In this document: one piece after another, positions 10,823-20,144 of the stretch
How the letters are laid out: each line of letters starts with the position of its first letter
How positions within the stretch are numbered: position 1 is the first letter of the stretch
Source: Candidatus Woesearchaeota archaeon
GTDB lineage: Archaea > Nanobdellota > Nanobdellia > Woesearchaeales > ARS49
Direction: 5' to 3'
Length of the DNA stretch: 64,000 bases
Assembly: GCA_038891615.1 (NCBI GenBank)
Contig: JAWADY010000002.1
Coordinates: forward strand, 128,001 to 192,000
Program-made: the position numbers and the translations under genes
Notes under the pieces: model-generated
Databases searched by the model: none
Told to the model about the DNA's origin: nothing
The model's input: only the letters and a program-made list of their open reading frames with translations

Positions 10823-11620
10823 ATGCAGCTTGTTGATGTTCATTGTCATCTTGACAGCGAGCGCCTCAAACCAGACCTTGAAGGTGTACTTGCAAGGGCA
10901 AAGGCATCAGGAATCAAGGTCATTCTGAGCTCAGGAGTTAATCCGCCAAGCAATCGTGCTGTTCTAGAACTTGCAAAAAAGCACGAGCTCATAAGGGCTT
11001 CTTTCGGAATCTATCCTCTAGACGCTCTTGGCATACAGCCTGAAGGAATTGAAACTTACCTTCCTCGGCAGATTGTGCCAATCGATGTTGATGCCGAACT
11101 CGAATGGATTTTCCAGCACAAGGATGAGACTGCTGCTATTGGTGAAGTTGGGCTTGACTACAAATGGGTAAAGGATGCCGAGCTTCAAGCGCGCGAGCGT
11201 GAAAACTTTAAAAAAATAATTGCAGCTGTTGAGAAACTAAAGAAGCCAATGATTGTTCATTCTAGACAAGCTGAGCTCGACTGCATTGAGATGCTTGAGT
11301 CAAGCACACTCAAAAAGATTATCTTTCATTCCTTCACTGGCAGAAAGCATCTTGTTGCAAGGATAGCAGACAATGGCTGGTTTTTTTCGATTCCTGTCAT
11401 TGTGATTAAGCTGCAACAGTTTCAGGACATTGTAAAAAATGTGCCGTTTGAACAGATTCTTACAGAAACAGATGCACCTTGGCTTGGTCCAGAGCTTGGA
11501 AAGCCAAACGAACCTGCAAACATCGTTCTATCTATTAAAAAGATTGCAGAGCTAAAAGGACTAACCCCAGAAGAAACAGCTAATTTGATATATATGAATT
11601 ATCAGAGGATATTTGAATGA
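10823..11620 (+). CDS. tatD: TatD family hydrolase
   Basis: DVHCHLD, AIGEVGLDY, VHSR, HSF and LTETDAPW motifs. Confidence 0.93.
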   Translation: MQLVDVHCHLDSERLKPDLEGVLARAKASGIKVILSSGVNPPSNRAVLELAKKHELIRASFGIYPLDALGIQPEGIETYLPRQIVPIDVDAELEWIFQHKDETAAIGEVGLDYKWVKDAELQARERENFKKIIAAVEKLKKPMIVHSRQAELDCIEMLESSTLKKIIFHSFTGRKHLVARIADNGWFFSIPVIVIKLQQFQDIVKNVPFEQILTETDAPWLGPELGKPNEPANIVLSIKKIAELKGLTPEETANLIYMNYQRIFE

Positions 11621-11631
11621 GCCTTTTGTTT

Positions 11632-12093
11632 TTAACCAAGTTCTGCCAGAATCTCTCTGGCATGTCCCTTTGGCTTCACATCAGTCCATATTTTTGCAAT
11701 TCTTCCCTGCTCATTGATTAGAAATGTTGTTCTTCTTATTCCCATAAAACTTTTTCCCATGAAACTTTTCTTTCTCCACACACCATATAGCCTGCAGACC
11801 TTTTTTTCAGGGTCTGAAAGAAGTGGAAAGTTAAGTTTGTACTTTTTAGCAAACTTTCTGTGAAGTTCAGGGCTGTCAGCACTTACGCCAAGGACAGCAG
11901 CTCCTTTCTTTTTTATTGCCTCACTGGCGTCTCTAAACTCACAGGCTTCAATTGTACATCCTGGCGTCAGGTCCTTTGGATAAAAATAAAGCACGACCTT
12001 TCTACCTTTAAAGTCTGACAACCTGAATGTCCTGTTCTCAGCATCTTTTAACTCAAAATCCGGTGCCTTCTGACCTTCCTTTGGCGATGTCAT
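11632..12093 (-). CDS. bcp: Peroxiredoxin BCP
   Basis: YFYPKDLTPGCTIEAC motif. Confidence 0.95.
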   Translation of the reverse strand: MTSPKEGQKAPDFELKDAENRTFRLSDFKGRKVVLYFYPKDLTPGCTIEACEFRDASEAIKKKGAAVLGVSADSPELHRKFAKKYKLNFPLLSDPEKKVCRLYGVWRKKSFMGKSFMGIRRTTFLINEQGRIAKIWTDVKPKGHAREILAELG

Positions 12094-12393
12094 TTAAATC
12101 AGTTGCTCCCCTGTCTCAAGGTCTATTATGTGGATTACATTAACAGGGCACGCCTCTGCAGCTTCCTTTGCGCGTTTAAACTCCTCTTCAGTTATCTCTT
12201 TTTCAAACACCATCCTGTCCTTAACAGCCTTTCCTCCTTTGAGTTCTGCCTTTCCATCAGAAGCCATTTCAAAATCATCAGGATCAACTGCAGCGCACGC
12301 GGCAGCCCCAATACAGTTTTCTCTGTCGTAAACTATTTTGTAGCGCTTTTTTCCTCCTTCCTTTAAGTTGACGACAACAAAACGTTCAATCAT
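12094..12393 (-). CDS. Single-cluster ferredoxin
   Basis: DRENCIGAAAC...AEACPVNVI; start uncertain (ATG at 12393 follows the upstream small ORF). Confidence 0.85.
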   Translation of the reverse strand: MIERFVVVNLKEGGKKRYKIVYDRENCIGAAACAAVDPDDFEMASDGKAELKGGKAVKDRMVFEKEITEEEFKRAKEAAEACPVNVIHIIDLETGEQLI

Positions 12394-12394
12394 T

Positions 12395-12562
12395 TTAAGT
12401 TTCTCCATAAAAGCTTTGCCAACTAGCCCCACACTTTGGACATCGAAGGGGTGGATAAGAAAGCTTGATGTTCCAGCCGCACTTTGAGCATACCCACTTG
12501 AGGAACTTTTTGAGCTTTTCTGGCACATTGCTAGGTTTGATGACTCTTTTTTTCACTTGCAT
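12395..12562 (-). CDS. Small rubredoxin-like/Zn-ribbon protein
   Basis: WVCSKCG...PLRCPKCGA..F; stop abuts the ferredoxin start; start uncertain (ATG 12562 or GTG 12526). Confidence 0.6.
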   Translation of the reverse strand: MQVKKRVIKPSNVPEKLKKFLKWVCSKCGWNIKLSYPPLRCPKCGASWQSFYGET

Positions 12563-12718
12563 CTTGTGCCAGGCTTCTTTTGTTATCATCAAAATCAATG
12601 CCTTTCGCGTACTATAAAAATTTTTGCTCAACAAAAGGTTTTTTAAGTCGCTTTGTAACAAATATGGAGTTTGTTGTGAAAGTCGTCAAGCGTGGTTGTT
12701 CACTGTAGTATAATCCGA

Positions 12719-12791
12719 GGGCCTGTGGTCTAGTGGCTATGACACTGCTCTCACACGGCAGAGGTCGGGAGTTCGAGTCTCCCCGGGCCCA
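12719..12791 (+). tRNA. tRNA-Val(CAC)
   Basis: GGGCCTG/CGGGCCC acceptor stem, CTGCT-ctCACac-GGCAG anticodon arm, GTTCGAGT T loop; no encoded CCA. Confidence 0.95.
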
Positions 12792-12805
12792 TTGCTTTTC
12801 AAAAA

Positions 12806-13711
12806 TCATTTTGAAAAATAGCCAAATATTCGTTTTATCAAGAAATAGCTACTCTTTGAGAATTGCCTTTTTTGCAATTCTTTCTTATTTTCCTTGATAT
12901 CTATCCACTTTTTTTCTTGAACTTTTTGTTTGAGTTGGTCGTACCACTCAGATGGATAAATTTGAAGCTTGGATTCTAAGGACTGCTCATAGCTTTTACC
13001 ATTGTTCTTTTCCATGCCTTTTAGTGCTTCGTAATGTAGCAGTGCTGCAACTGCATCTTTAGTTCGTTCAACCAACAATGGCCATCTTCTTTCAAATTCT
13101 TCCCTTATTTCGCGATCGCAAAGATACTGCTTTGAGATTGTGTATGCAAGCCAGAAAGGACTTTTTACTTCCAATTTTCCGTTTTTCACGAATAGCTTTT
13201 CAAACTCATTCCAGTTGCGGACTGTTTCAAGCTTTTTTGCATACTCTTCAAAGCCTGGGTCGTACTCAGGCCTGTTTATGACGATGTCCGCAGCAAACCA
13301 TGGTTCGTGAATTGCCGCAACTTTGCTCTTCGCTGCAGAAGAATCTAACATATCAAGAAGTGATACGCTTTTTATCAAAGCGTATTCCCTTAGGTTCTCA
13401 CAAAGACATGGATAAAAAAGGCTGATGTCTTCAAGAAAAGCCGTTGCCGCATTTAGAAAGTTATCAAGAGACTCAAGATAATTGCTATTTTCGATTACCT
13501 CTTTTATAAAAATAATCTCTTTTAAAAGTTTTAGTTCATCCGAAACAAGGCTAGAATACTTTTCCGACCTTTTAGCATCTAAATAGCTTAAAACAGAGCT
13601 TATGTGACTAACTATGCCTTCACTCACTTTTCTCACCCTCTGCTTAAATTGTTTGTAAAGAAAAGGTCCAAAAAGAACCTTCTTTTTATACCTTTCGTTT
13701 TCAAAAATCAC
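12806..13711 (-). CDS. Hypothetical protein (helical)
   Basis: 301-aa ORF overlapping the nre stop; no recognisable motif. Confidence 0.7.
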   Translation of the reverse strand: MIFENERYKKKVLFGPFLYKQFKQRVRKVSEGIVSHISSVLSYLDAKRSEKYSSLVSDELKLLKEIIFIKEVIENSNYLESLDNFLNAATAFLEDISLFYPCLCENLREYALIKSVSLLDMLDSSAAKSKVAAIHEPWFAADIVINRPEYDPGFEEYAKKLETVRNWNEFEKLFVKNGKLEVKSPFWLAYTISKQYLCDREIREEFERRWPLLVERTKDAVAALLHYEALKGMEKNNGKSYEQSLESKLQIYPSEWYDQLKQKVQEKKWIDIKENKKELQKRQFSKSSYFLIKRIFGYFSK

Positions 13712-14849
13712 ATAAGGTTTTCTGAAAACTAGTGCTGTTTATAAGTTTCATCTCGGCTTTGTGTTTGGCAATCCCAAGCTTAAGTCTGGTGTTAAGGTAT
13801 TGCAAAGCCTCTTTCATTGTCTTAAAAGTTTTGGCATCTTGCCTAAGAGCTTGCTTTGTCAGTTCTCTGCAAAGCCATACACCTGTTGGTATGTACCCTT
13901 CGTAGACCTCTCGGAAAACAAAAGCCCCTGCTTGCTCCCCTTTTTTACTCAGGTGCTCTGCAACAACATTTCGCTGTGCATAATAACAACCGCCCATTTC
14001 AGAGTAAACCTTTCTGCCAAAATGTCCTTCAAAATCGCTAAAAGTGAAGGTTTTGTTAGGAATTACGTTGATAAAAGCTTCAATCGCTTCATATTGCCAT
14101 TTTCCTGGGGTTAGCAAAACTGCAAAATAGTTGTCCATGCCATATGATTCATAAATCCTGAACTCATTGATCGGTTCTAGTTCTCTTACTTCTGCAATTG
14201 CTGCCTTTCCAAGAATATCATCTGTTGCTGTGATGGACCAACGAGTTGGCACAATCCTACGTTTTTTTCGCAGTCCAAAGGCGCCTGTTGATAAAGCTCT
14301 TTGGATTGTGGTAAACTCCAACCCTTTCCTAGCAAGCTCAACAACCGCCTCCGCAGCCCTCATGTCAGTATCATAATGTGCCTTTTCTAGGTCTTTATGC
14401 CATTTTGCATTTTCAATTTCAATGCTTTTCAACTTTCCAGAAGGACCAAATGGTTGGTGGTCTTCACTAAAAGTTATTCCACGAGGCTTGTGTTCAAACT
14501 CAGCGTTTGCAAGTAAAGACCTTTTTGATAGAGCAATTTCTTGGAGTTTCTGTATAAGTTGATTGTCAACATCAGTCGCCTTTGTCCGCTGCATGCCTCT
14601 CACAAGCTTCAGCCTAAAATTTATTATTTCATCCTTACTAAATCTGCCAACCCACTTCTCAGGCGCATCATATATTTGGCTGTCAGTTTCTTGTGTTAGC
14701 ATTGGACCTGCAAACACGTTTGGATAGCCATCTCTTCCAATAAAAACAGATGGTGGTGAACTTCCCTCAAGCCTCTCTTTGTCAAGCAGGCTTTTAAGCT
14801 TGTATTTTTGTGCGGTCAGTCTTTGCAGAAATGCCCTTTTCCCAACCAT
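13701..14849 (-). CDS. nreA: Nre family DNA repair protein (DUF650/DUF651)
   Basis: GSSPPSVFIGR.GYP, R.VPTRWSITATD, GGCYYA and C-terminal PIP box QKTLCDF; start placed at MVGK (alternatives up to 14882). Confidence 0.9.
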   Translation of the reverse strand: MVGKRAFLQRLTAQKYKLKSLLDKERLEGSSPPSVFIGRDGYPNVFAGPMLTQETDSQIYDAPEKWVGRFSKDEIINFRLKLVRGMQRTKATDVDNQLIQKLQEIALSKRSLLANAEFEHKPRGITFSEDHQPFGPSGKLKSIEIENAKWHKDLEKAHYDTDMRAAEAVVELARKGLEFTTIQRALSTGAFGLRKKRRIVPTRWSITATDDILGKAAIAEVRELEPINEFRIYESYGMDNYFAVLLTPGKWQYEAIEAFINVIPNKTFTFSDFEGHFGRKVYSEMGGCYYAQRNVVAEHLSKKGEQAGAFVFREVYEGYIPTGVWLCRELTKQALRQDAKTFKTMKEALQYLNTRLKLGIAKHKAEMKLINSTSFQKTLCDF

Positions 14850-14945
14850 CGTAAAGAACATGTGCTCAAAATTTAAAAGCATTACGACTGAATGTCCAGT
14901 GCGTTGTTGGCTAAATTTATAAGCCCTGAAAGCTTTTGGTTAAAA

Positions 14946-15019
14946 GGGGCTGTGGGCCAACTTGGCTAAGCTTCCAGGTTCGGGACCTGGCGATCTGGGT
15001 TCAAATCCCAGCAGCCCCA
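14946..15019 (+). tRNA. tRNA-Pro(CGG), intronless
   Basis: GGGGCTG/CAGCCCC acceptor, CCAGG-ttCGGga-CCTGG anticodon arm, GTTCAAAT. Confidence 0.95.
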
Positions 15020-15087
15020 CTTTTAGCAAAAGCTCAGAAAATTATTTAAAGCAGACTTCTGATTAATCAGTTGTCAAAAGAGGTAAA

Positions 15088-15339
15088 ATGCAAATAACAA
15101 TAGACACTAATAGGGATTCTCCAGAAGACATAAAAAAGGCAATAAAAGCCTTACTCGCAATTCTTGGCAGCCCTATTTCAGAAAGCCTTTCAAAAGTTCT
15201 AGAAAGCAGCAATCCGATTGATGCTCAGCAGGAAAACATCTTTGGAAACATCTTTGGTGATGAGGCTCCTCTTTCAGCTTCAGGAGAAGAGGTTAAGGCT
15301 ACTGGAGTTAATGGCGAATCAAAGGTTGAGGTGTACTAA
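15088..15339 (+). CDS. Small acidic hypothetical protein
   Basis: GAGGT SD upstream; TAATG coupling to the next gene. Confidence 0.75.
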   Translation: MQITIDTNRDSPEDIKKAIKALLAILGSPISESLSKVLESSNPIDAQQENIFGNIFGDEAPLSASGEEVKATGVNGESKVEVY

Positions 15340-15818
15340 TGGCGCGTGCGCTTCAGCCAAGCCTTAAGCAGATTGCTTCAGATGTCAGGCTGATAAGGGA
15401 AGAAATGGTTGAGAAGGTTCCATCCCACTTTTCTCCAAGGCACATAACGAGTGCATTCTTCGGAGCGCTTTTTATTGGAATGATGTTTGTCATAAAAGGG
15501 TTGCTGCTTCAAGTTGCTTCTATTCTTACTTCACGTCATCTTTGGATAATTGCAGCTGCCACTTTTATCATTCTTACTGGAGAAATATATTTTGTAGGCT
15601 ACAGCAGGGTAAAGGACAAGTCCAAAAGACCCTTCGGTCAGTTTTGGTTTAAAAGAATTGTTTCATACTCCATTATTGCGGTGCTTGTGTCATACTTTCT
15701 TGTTTACATTTACGGGATAAATATCCTGGCCGGTGCGAACACATACAAGGTCATCGTTGCACTTTTATTGCCATGCGCAGTTGGTGCATCACTTGCAGAC
15801 CTTCTAAAGCAGTACTAA
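15339..15818 (+). CDS. Four-TM membrane protein (DUF2391-like)
   Basis: Hydrophobic helices and C-terminal GASLADLL. Confidence 0.65.
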   Translation: MARALQPSLKQIASDVRLIREEMVEKVPSHFSPRHITSAFFGALFIGMMFVIKGLLLQVASILTSRHLWIIAAATFIILTGEIYFVGYSRVKDKSKRPFGQFWFKRIVSYSIIAVLVSYFLVYIYGINILAGANTYKVIVALLLPCAVGASLADLLKQY

Positions 15819-15828
15819 GAGGTTGAAA

Positions 15829-16272
15829 GTGGTCGGTCAGAAAAAGAGTGTTAAGAAGAAATTCGAGTTTCTGCCGCATACCGCAGATGCAAAATTCAGG
15901 GCTTATGGCAAAAACATTGAGGAATGCTTTGTCAATGCAGCTCTAGCAGTTACTGCAATAATGTTTGACTATAGCCGCATAAAGCCATTGCTGAAGAAAG
16001 AGGTTTCTGTTAACGGAAGAGATTTGAAAGCCTTGCTCTATAATTGGATTGAGGAGCTGCTTTATCTTCTTGATGCAGAAGGCTTTGTCCTTGGAAGAAT
16101 TGAACAGCTTCAAATAAAAAAGAAGGAAGGAAATGGCTGGCTTCTAACAGCCGTACTTATCGGAGATACTGATCAAGGTAAGTATGAAGTGATTGGTCCT
16201 GTTGTGAAGGCTGCGACATATAACGAAATGGAAATTTCAGATGATTATGTTCAGGTTGTTGTTGACATTTAG
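15829..16272 (+). CDS. Archease
   Basis: EFLPHTAD, VKAATY and C-terminal VVVDI; directly upstream of rtcB. Confidence 0.95.
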   Translation: MVGQKKSVKKKFEFLPHTADAKFRAYGKNIEECFVNAALAVTAIMFDYSRIKPLLKKEVSVNGRDLKALLYNWIEELLYLLDAEGFVLGRIEQLQIKKKEGNGWLLTAVLIGDTDQGKYEVIGPVVKAATYNEMEISDDYVQVVVDI

Positions 16273-16346
16273 ACCTGCTGTTTGAGAAGGAGGTTGCCAG
16301 CAACATTTTTAAAGATGCTTGAATGAAAATTTTTAGGTGGCTTTGT

Positions 16347-17768
16347 ATGAATATTACGCAAATTAAAGAAAACGTTTGGGAAATAAAAAAAGAAGGGCGA
16401 ATGAGGGTTCCAGCCATCATCTATGCCTCAGAAAAACTCATTGAAAAAATAAAGCTTGACAGGACTCTTCAGCAAGCCGCAAATGTAGCGCACCTGGCTG
16501 GAATACTAAGGGCTTCATATGTTATGCCTGATGCTCATGAGGGATACGGCTTTCCAATAGGCGGGGTCGCAGCTTTTGACATTGATGAAGGAATCATCTC
16601 TCCTGGCGGGGTTGGGTACGACATAAATTGTGGAGTACGGCTATTACGCACAGATTGGACAGAAAAGGACATTCACGACAAACGAAAAGAGTTGCTAACA
16701 GAACTGATGCGTGAGGTTCCTGCTGGGGTTGGAAAGGGAGGAATAACAAAGCTTTCAAAAGATGTCCTGACAGAGATTCTTGCCAAGGGCGCTCGTTGGG
16801 CTTATGAGAATGGCTATGGAACAAAAGAGGACTTAGATTGCACTGAGGAATATGGTTGGGCAAAGGATGCAGACCCTACCTTTGTTTCTTCAAAGGCTTA
16901 CTCAAGAGGGCTACCACAGCTTGGCACACTTGGTTCTGGAAATCACTTTCTTGAGTTGCAAAGGGTTGATAGAATTTTTGATGAAAAGGTCGCGAGGGCC
17001 TTTGGAATCGAGAAGGTAGGTCAAGTTACTGTCATGATTCATTGCGGCTCACGAGGCCTTGGGCATCAAATTGCTTCTGATTACATAAAAGTTATGGAAG
17101 AAAAGTATGGCCACGCCCATCTTCCTGATCGCGAGTTGATAAATGCGCCCATAAACTCAGAGCTGGGAAGGGCTTATTATAAGGCGATGTGTGCAGCAAT
17201 GAACTATGCTTTTGCAAACAGGCAGATGATTTGTCACTGGACTCGTGATGTTTTCAGAAAGGTTATGGGGACTTCCGAAGGCATGAAGCAGATTTATGAT
17301 GTTTGCCACAACATAGCAAAATTCGAGAAGCACGAAGTTGATGGCAAGAAAAGGCTTGTTTGTGTCCATAGAAAGGGCGCTACCAGAAGCTTTGGTCCTG
17401 GCAGAGAGGAAATTCCAGAAGCGTATAGAAAAATAGGCCAACCAGTATTAATACCTGGAAGCATGGGCACTGCAAGCTATCTCCTGGTTGGAACAAAGGA
17501 AGCAGAGGCAGTGAGCTGGGGGAGTACTGCGCATGGTGCTGGTCGTGAGGAATCACGAGCTGCAGCTCTTAAAAAATGGCGTGGGGAACAGGTAAAAGCA
17601 GACCTACAAAAGCGCGATATAGAAGTTGTTGCACTGTCATGGAAAGGAATCGCAGAAGAGGCACCAGAAGCTTATAAGGATGTTGATGAGGTTGTGCGTG
17701 TTTCACACGAGCTTGGAATTGGAAAAATGGTTGTGAGACTCACCCCACTCGGAGTGATGAAAGGATGA
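16347..17768 (+). CDS. rtcB: RNA-splicing ligase RtcB
   Basis: MPDAHEGYGFPIGGV, GVGYDINCG, GSGNHF, HRKGATR, PGSMG, HGAGR and EEAPEAYK motifs. Confidence 0.97.
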   Translation: MNITQIKENVWEIKKEGRMRVPAIIYASEKLIEKIKLDRTLQQAANVAHLAGILRASYVMPDAHEGYGFPIGGVAAFDIDEGIISPGGVGYDINCGVRLLRTDWTEKDIHDKRKELLTELMREVPAGVGKGGITKLSKDVLTEILAKGARWAYENGYGTKEDLDCTEEYGWAKDADPTFVSSKAYSRGLPQLGTLGSGNHFLELQRVDRIFDEKVARAFGIEKVGQVTVMIHCGSRGLGHQIASDYIKVMEEKYGHAHLPDRELINAPINSELGRAYYKAMCAAMNYAFANRQMICHWTRDVFRKVMGTSEGMKQIYDVCHNIAKFEKHEVDGKKRLVCVHRKGATRSFGPGREEIPEAYRKIGQPVLIPGSMGTASYLLVGTKEAEAVSWGSTAHGAGREESRAAALKKWRGEQVKADLQKRDIEVVALSWKGIAEEAPEAYKDVDEVVRVSHELGIGKMVVRLTPLGVMKG

Positions 17769-17834
17769 CCCACTTTCTTGTAGCAAAGTATTGCATTCAA
17801 AAAATATTTAAACCCCTTTAACCGAAAAAAACCG

Positions 17835-18758
17835 ATGAACATCCTTGCGGCAGATGTTGGTGGAACAAAAACGCTCATTGGTGTTTATTCTGAGCATTTT
17901 CAGGAGCTTGCCAAAAGAAGCTACTTGAGCAAGGACTATCGCTCGCTGTACGAGCTTGTAAAGGATTTTCTCTCACATTTTGGAAAGGCAGTTGATGTTG
18001 CGGTGTTTGGTGTTCCTGGCCCTGTTGTTGATGGTAGGTGCCGGACAACGAATCTCCCATGGAAGGTTGATTCACAAGCCCTTGCAAAAATTGTCAGAGC
18101 CGAAGTGGCACTTCTTAACGACTTCGAACTCGCTGGTTGGGGTCTTGACCTTGTCAAGAAGGGCTCTTTGATTCCTTTAACCTCTTATGTTCCTGAGGAG
18201 CGTGGCACAAAAGTGCTCATTGGAGCAGGGACTGGGCTTGGTGAGGCAATAGTTTATTGGGATTGTGAGGAGGGATATTTTGTTCTTCCTTCTGAAGGTG
18301 GACACACTGACTTTGCACCGAAAAACGAAGTTGAGTTTAAACTGGCAAACTTTATCGCTAAATCTGAAGGCTTTGTGGAATGGGAATCTGTGCTTTCTGG
18401 CCCTGGCCTTTCAAGAATATACAAATTCTTTTCTGGGAAAAAGCTTCCTCCTGAAAAAATAACAGCAGCCTACAAGCACGATTCGGCTGCGAGAAAAGCT
18501 GTGCAGCTATTCCTCTCCTTTTATGCGCGAGAGGCAGCTAACCTTGCCCTTACTGCAAAAGCAACTGGAGGTGTCTATCTTGTTGGCACAATGATAAACA
18601 GCTTGGTTGACGTACTGAATAAGAAGGATTTTATAAGAGCTTTTGTTGGAAAAAGAAAGGTTTCTGCTCTACTCTCAAAAATTCCAATTTTTATAGTCAC
18701 TGACCAAGAACTAGGCCTAAAGGGCGCTGTGTCCTTTGCCAAAAAACTCGAGCATTGA
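17835..18758 (+). CDS. glk: Glucokinase (bacterial Glk-type)
   Basis: DVGGTK, GVPGPV, TNLPW, LLNDF, GAGTGLG, SEGGH and LSGPGL motifs. Confidence 0.92.
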   Translation: MNILAADVGGTKTLIGVYSEHFQELAKRSYLSKDYRSLYELVKDFLSHFGKAVDVAVFGVPGPVVDGRCRTTNLPWKVDSQALAKIVRAEVALLNDFELAGWGLDLVKKGSLIPLTSYVPEERGTKVLIGAGTGLGEAIVYWDCEEGYFVLPSEGGHTDFAPKNEVEFKLANFIAKSEGFVEWESVLSGPGLSRIYKFFSGKKLPPEKITAAYKHDSAARKAVQLFLSFYAREAANLALTAKATGGVYLVGTMINSLVDVLNKKDFIRAFVGKRKVSALLSKIPIFIVTDQELGLKGAVSFAKKLEH

Positions 18759-18934
18759 ACTTGGCACTCTGGTTTAAATCAAAAGCTTTTTTTGAACAAA
18801 ATTAAAAAAACTCGCGAGGTTGGTCACTTTCTTCACTAGCGCTCTGGAACAAAGAGCTTCTGTCTTGTGTGCTGCGCCCAAAGTTCTCTCTTCAGCAAAG
18901 GTTTTTTATCAAGTCCTTATTCTGTTACTTCACC

Positions 18935-19099
18935 CTATGCAGCCAGCCAGCCAATCATGAATGCCTCTTCCTTGCTGCTTATAGCATCTTCCTCCATTGC
19001 GTGGTCAAGCCCTTCTTCTGAGTAGATGTCACAGGTGTGTCTTTCAAGCTCCTCAATTTCTTCACCCTCAATAACAATCTCGTCTTCAAACTCACTCAT
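18935..19099 (-). CDS. Small highly acidic protein (54 aa), not in the ORF track
   Basis: MSEFEDEIVIEGEEIEELERHTCDIYSEEGLDHAMEEDAISSKEEAFMIGWLAA*, preceded by SD GAGGTG. Confidence 0.7.
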   Translation of the reverse strand: MSEFEDEIVIEGEEIEELERHTCDIYSEEGLDHAMEEDAISSKEEAFMIGWLAA

Positions 19100-19202
19100 T
19101 TTTGCCACCTCTTTTTTCTCTCAGCGCCTCACTTCTCAATGTAAGCAAGCTCACCTGTTGGAGGAAAAGCTTGTGTATTGTTTCAGTGCTGAGGTCAACC
19201 AA
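19092..19202 (-). CDS. Small peptide (36 aa) coupled to the acidic ORF
   Basis: SD GGAGGTG then TTG: MVDLSTETIHKLFLQQVSLLTLRSEALREKRGGKNE*; the stop overlaps the next start. Confidence 0.5.
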   Translation of the reverse strand: MVDLSTETIHKLFLQQVSLLTLRSEALREKRGGKNE

Positions 19203-19352
19203 CTTTACCACCTCCTTTTTGGAATTTTTCACCAAATTATTTTCAAATATTGATTTATATATGCCACGATAGGCTGTCCAGTGGGTGTGAGTCGGGATTT
19301 TTAGAGAAAAATATTTAAACACAAAAGCTCTTGCAACAAAAAAGGTGAGTTC

Positions 19353-20138
19353 ATGAAATTTTGGGTCGCTTTAGTGACTAGTTTGTTTGTCATGCTTCTT
19401 TTGGGCTGTGCTCCAACACAAACAATCATACCAACACAGCCTGCGCCAACTCCAGCCAAAGCACAACAAGTTGAAGAACCAAAAGTAAAAGAACCAGTTC
19501 CAACAATAAACATTCTATTTGCACCAAAAAGTGCAAAGGTCGGGGAGCCTTTTCAAATATCTTGGAAAATTGATGGGCCAAAAAGGACAATCACACACAC
19601 TGCTGTACATTATGATTACAGCTCTCATCCAGGAGTTTTTGGAACAGAGATTGGTCCTGCTGAAAGCGGGTATCGGTTTATTACCCAAAAGTACGCAAGC
19701 GGGAGTTTTGACATTCCTGGAACTTTTACTACAACAATAACTCCAACCACAACAGGCACGCTTTATTTCAGAGTACACACAATCATTGATGACAAACATT
19801 ACTGGACTGATGAGCAGCAACTTGTTGTTGAGCCAGTTACAGAACAGCAAGCCCAGTTAAAGGAGTTCGTAATAGAAGCTGATGACAGCGGTTTTACCCC
19901 TTCTAGTCAGCTTTTTGTCAACAAAAACACCAGGGTAAAGATAACTTTTAAGGTTAGAAGCAGTGGTGTTTACTACGGAGGGCTTGAGTTCAAGTCACCT
20001 GCATGGGGGACAACTGGCACAATAAAGCCTGGCGAGAGCAAGAGTGTTGAGTTCACTGCCACTCAAACAATTCAATTCACTGCATTCTGGCCTGCAAGCA
20101 GCATTGAAAAGTGGACAGCACAGATTGTAGTAGGATGA
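19353..20138 (+). CDS. Lipoprotein with Ig-like and C-terminal cupredoxin-like domains
   Basis: Lipobox LLGC, Pro-rich linker, EADDSGFTPS and IKPGESKSVEF; SD AGGTGA. Confidence 0.7.
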   Translation: MKFWVALVTSLFVMLLLGCAPTQTIIPTQPAPTPAKAQQVEEPKVKEPVPTINILFAPKSAKVGEPFQISWKIDGPKRTITHTAVHYDYSSHPGVFGTEIGPAESGYRFITQKYASGSFDIPGTFTTTITPTTTGTLYFRVHTIIDDKHYWTDEQQLVVEPVTEQQAQLKEFVIEADDSGFTPSSQLFVNKNTRVKITFKVRSSGVYYGGLEFKSPAWGTTGTIKPGESKSVEFTATQTIQFTAFWPASSIEKWTAQIVVG

Positions 20139-20144
20139 TTTGGC

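Noticed and set aside
12612-12809. 65-aa minus ORF (WARGDSNSRPLPCE...)
   Set aside because: It is the antisense reading of tRNA-Val.
12719-15019. Island integrated between tRNA-Val and tRNA-Pro
   Set aside because: No duplicated tRNA 3' end, no integrase, and the cargo includes the housekeeping gene nreA.
7416-17768. Inteins in common hosts (NrdJ, RtcB; also Cdc48, Cdc6 and aIF5B elsewhere in the window)
   Set aside because: Lengths are normal, conserved motifs are contiguous and no HN-C/S/T or LAGLIDADG signatures were seen.
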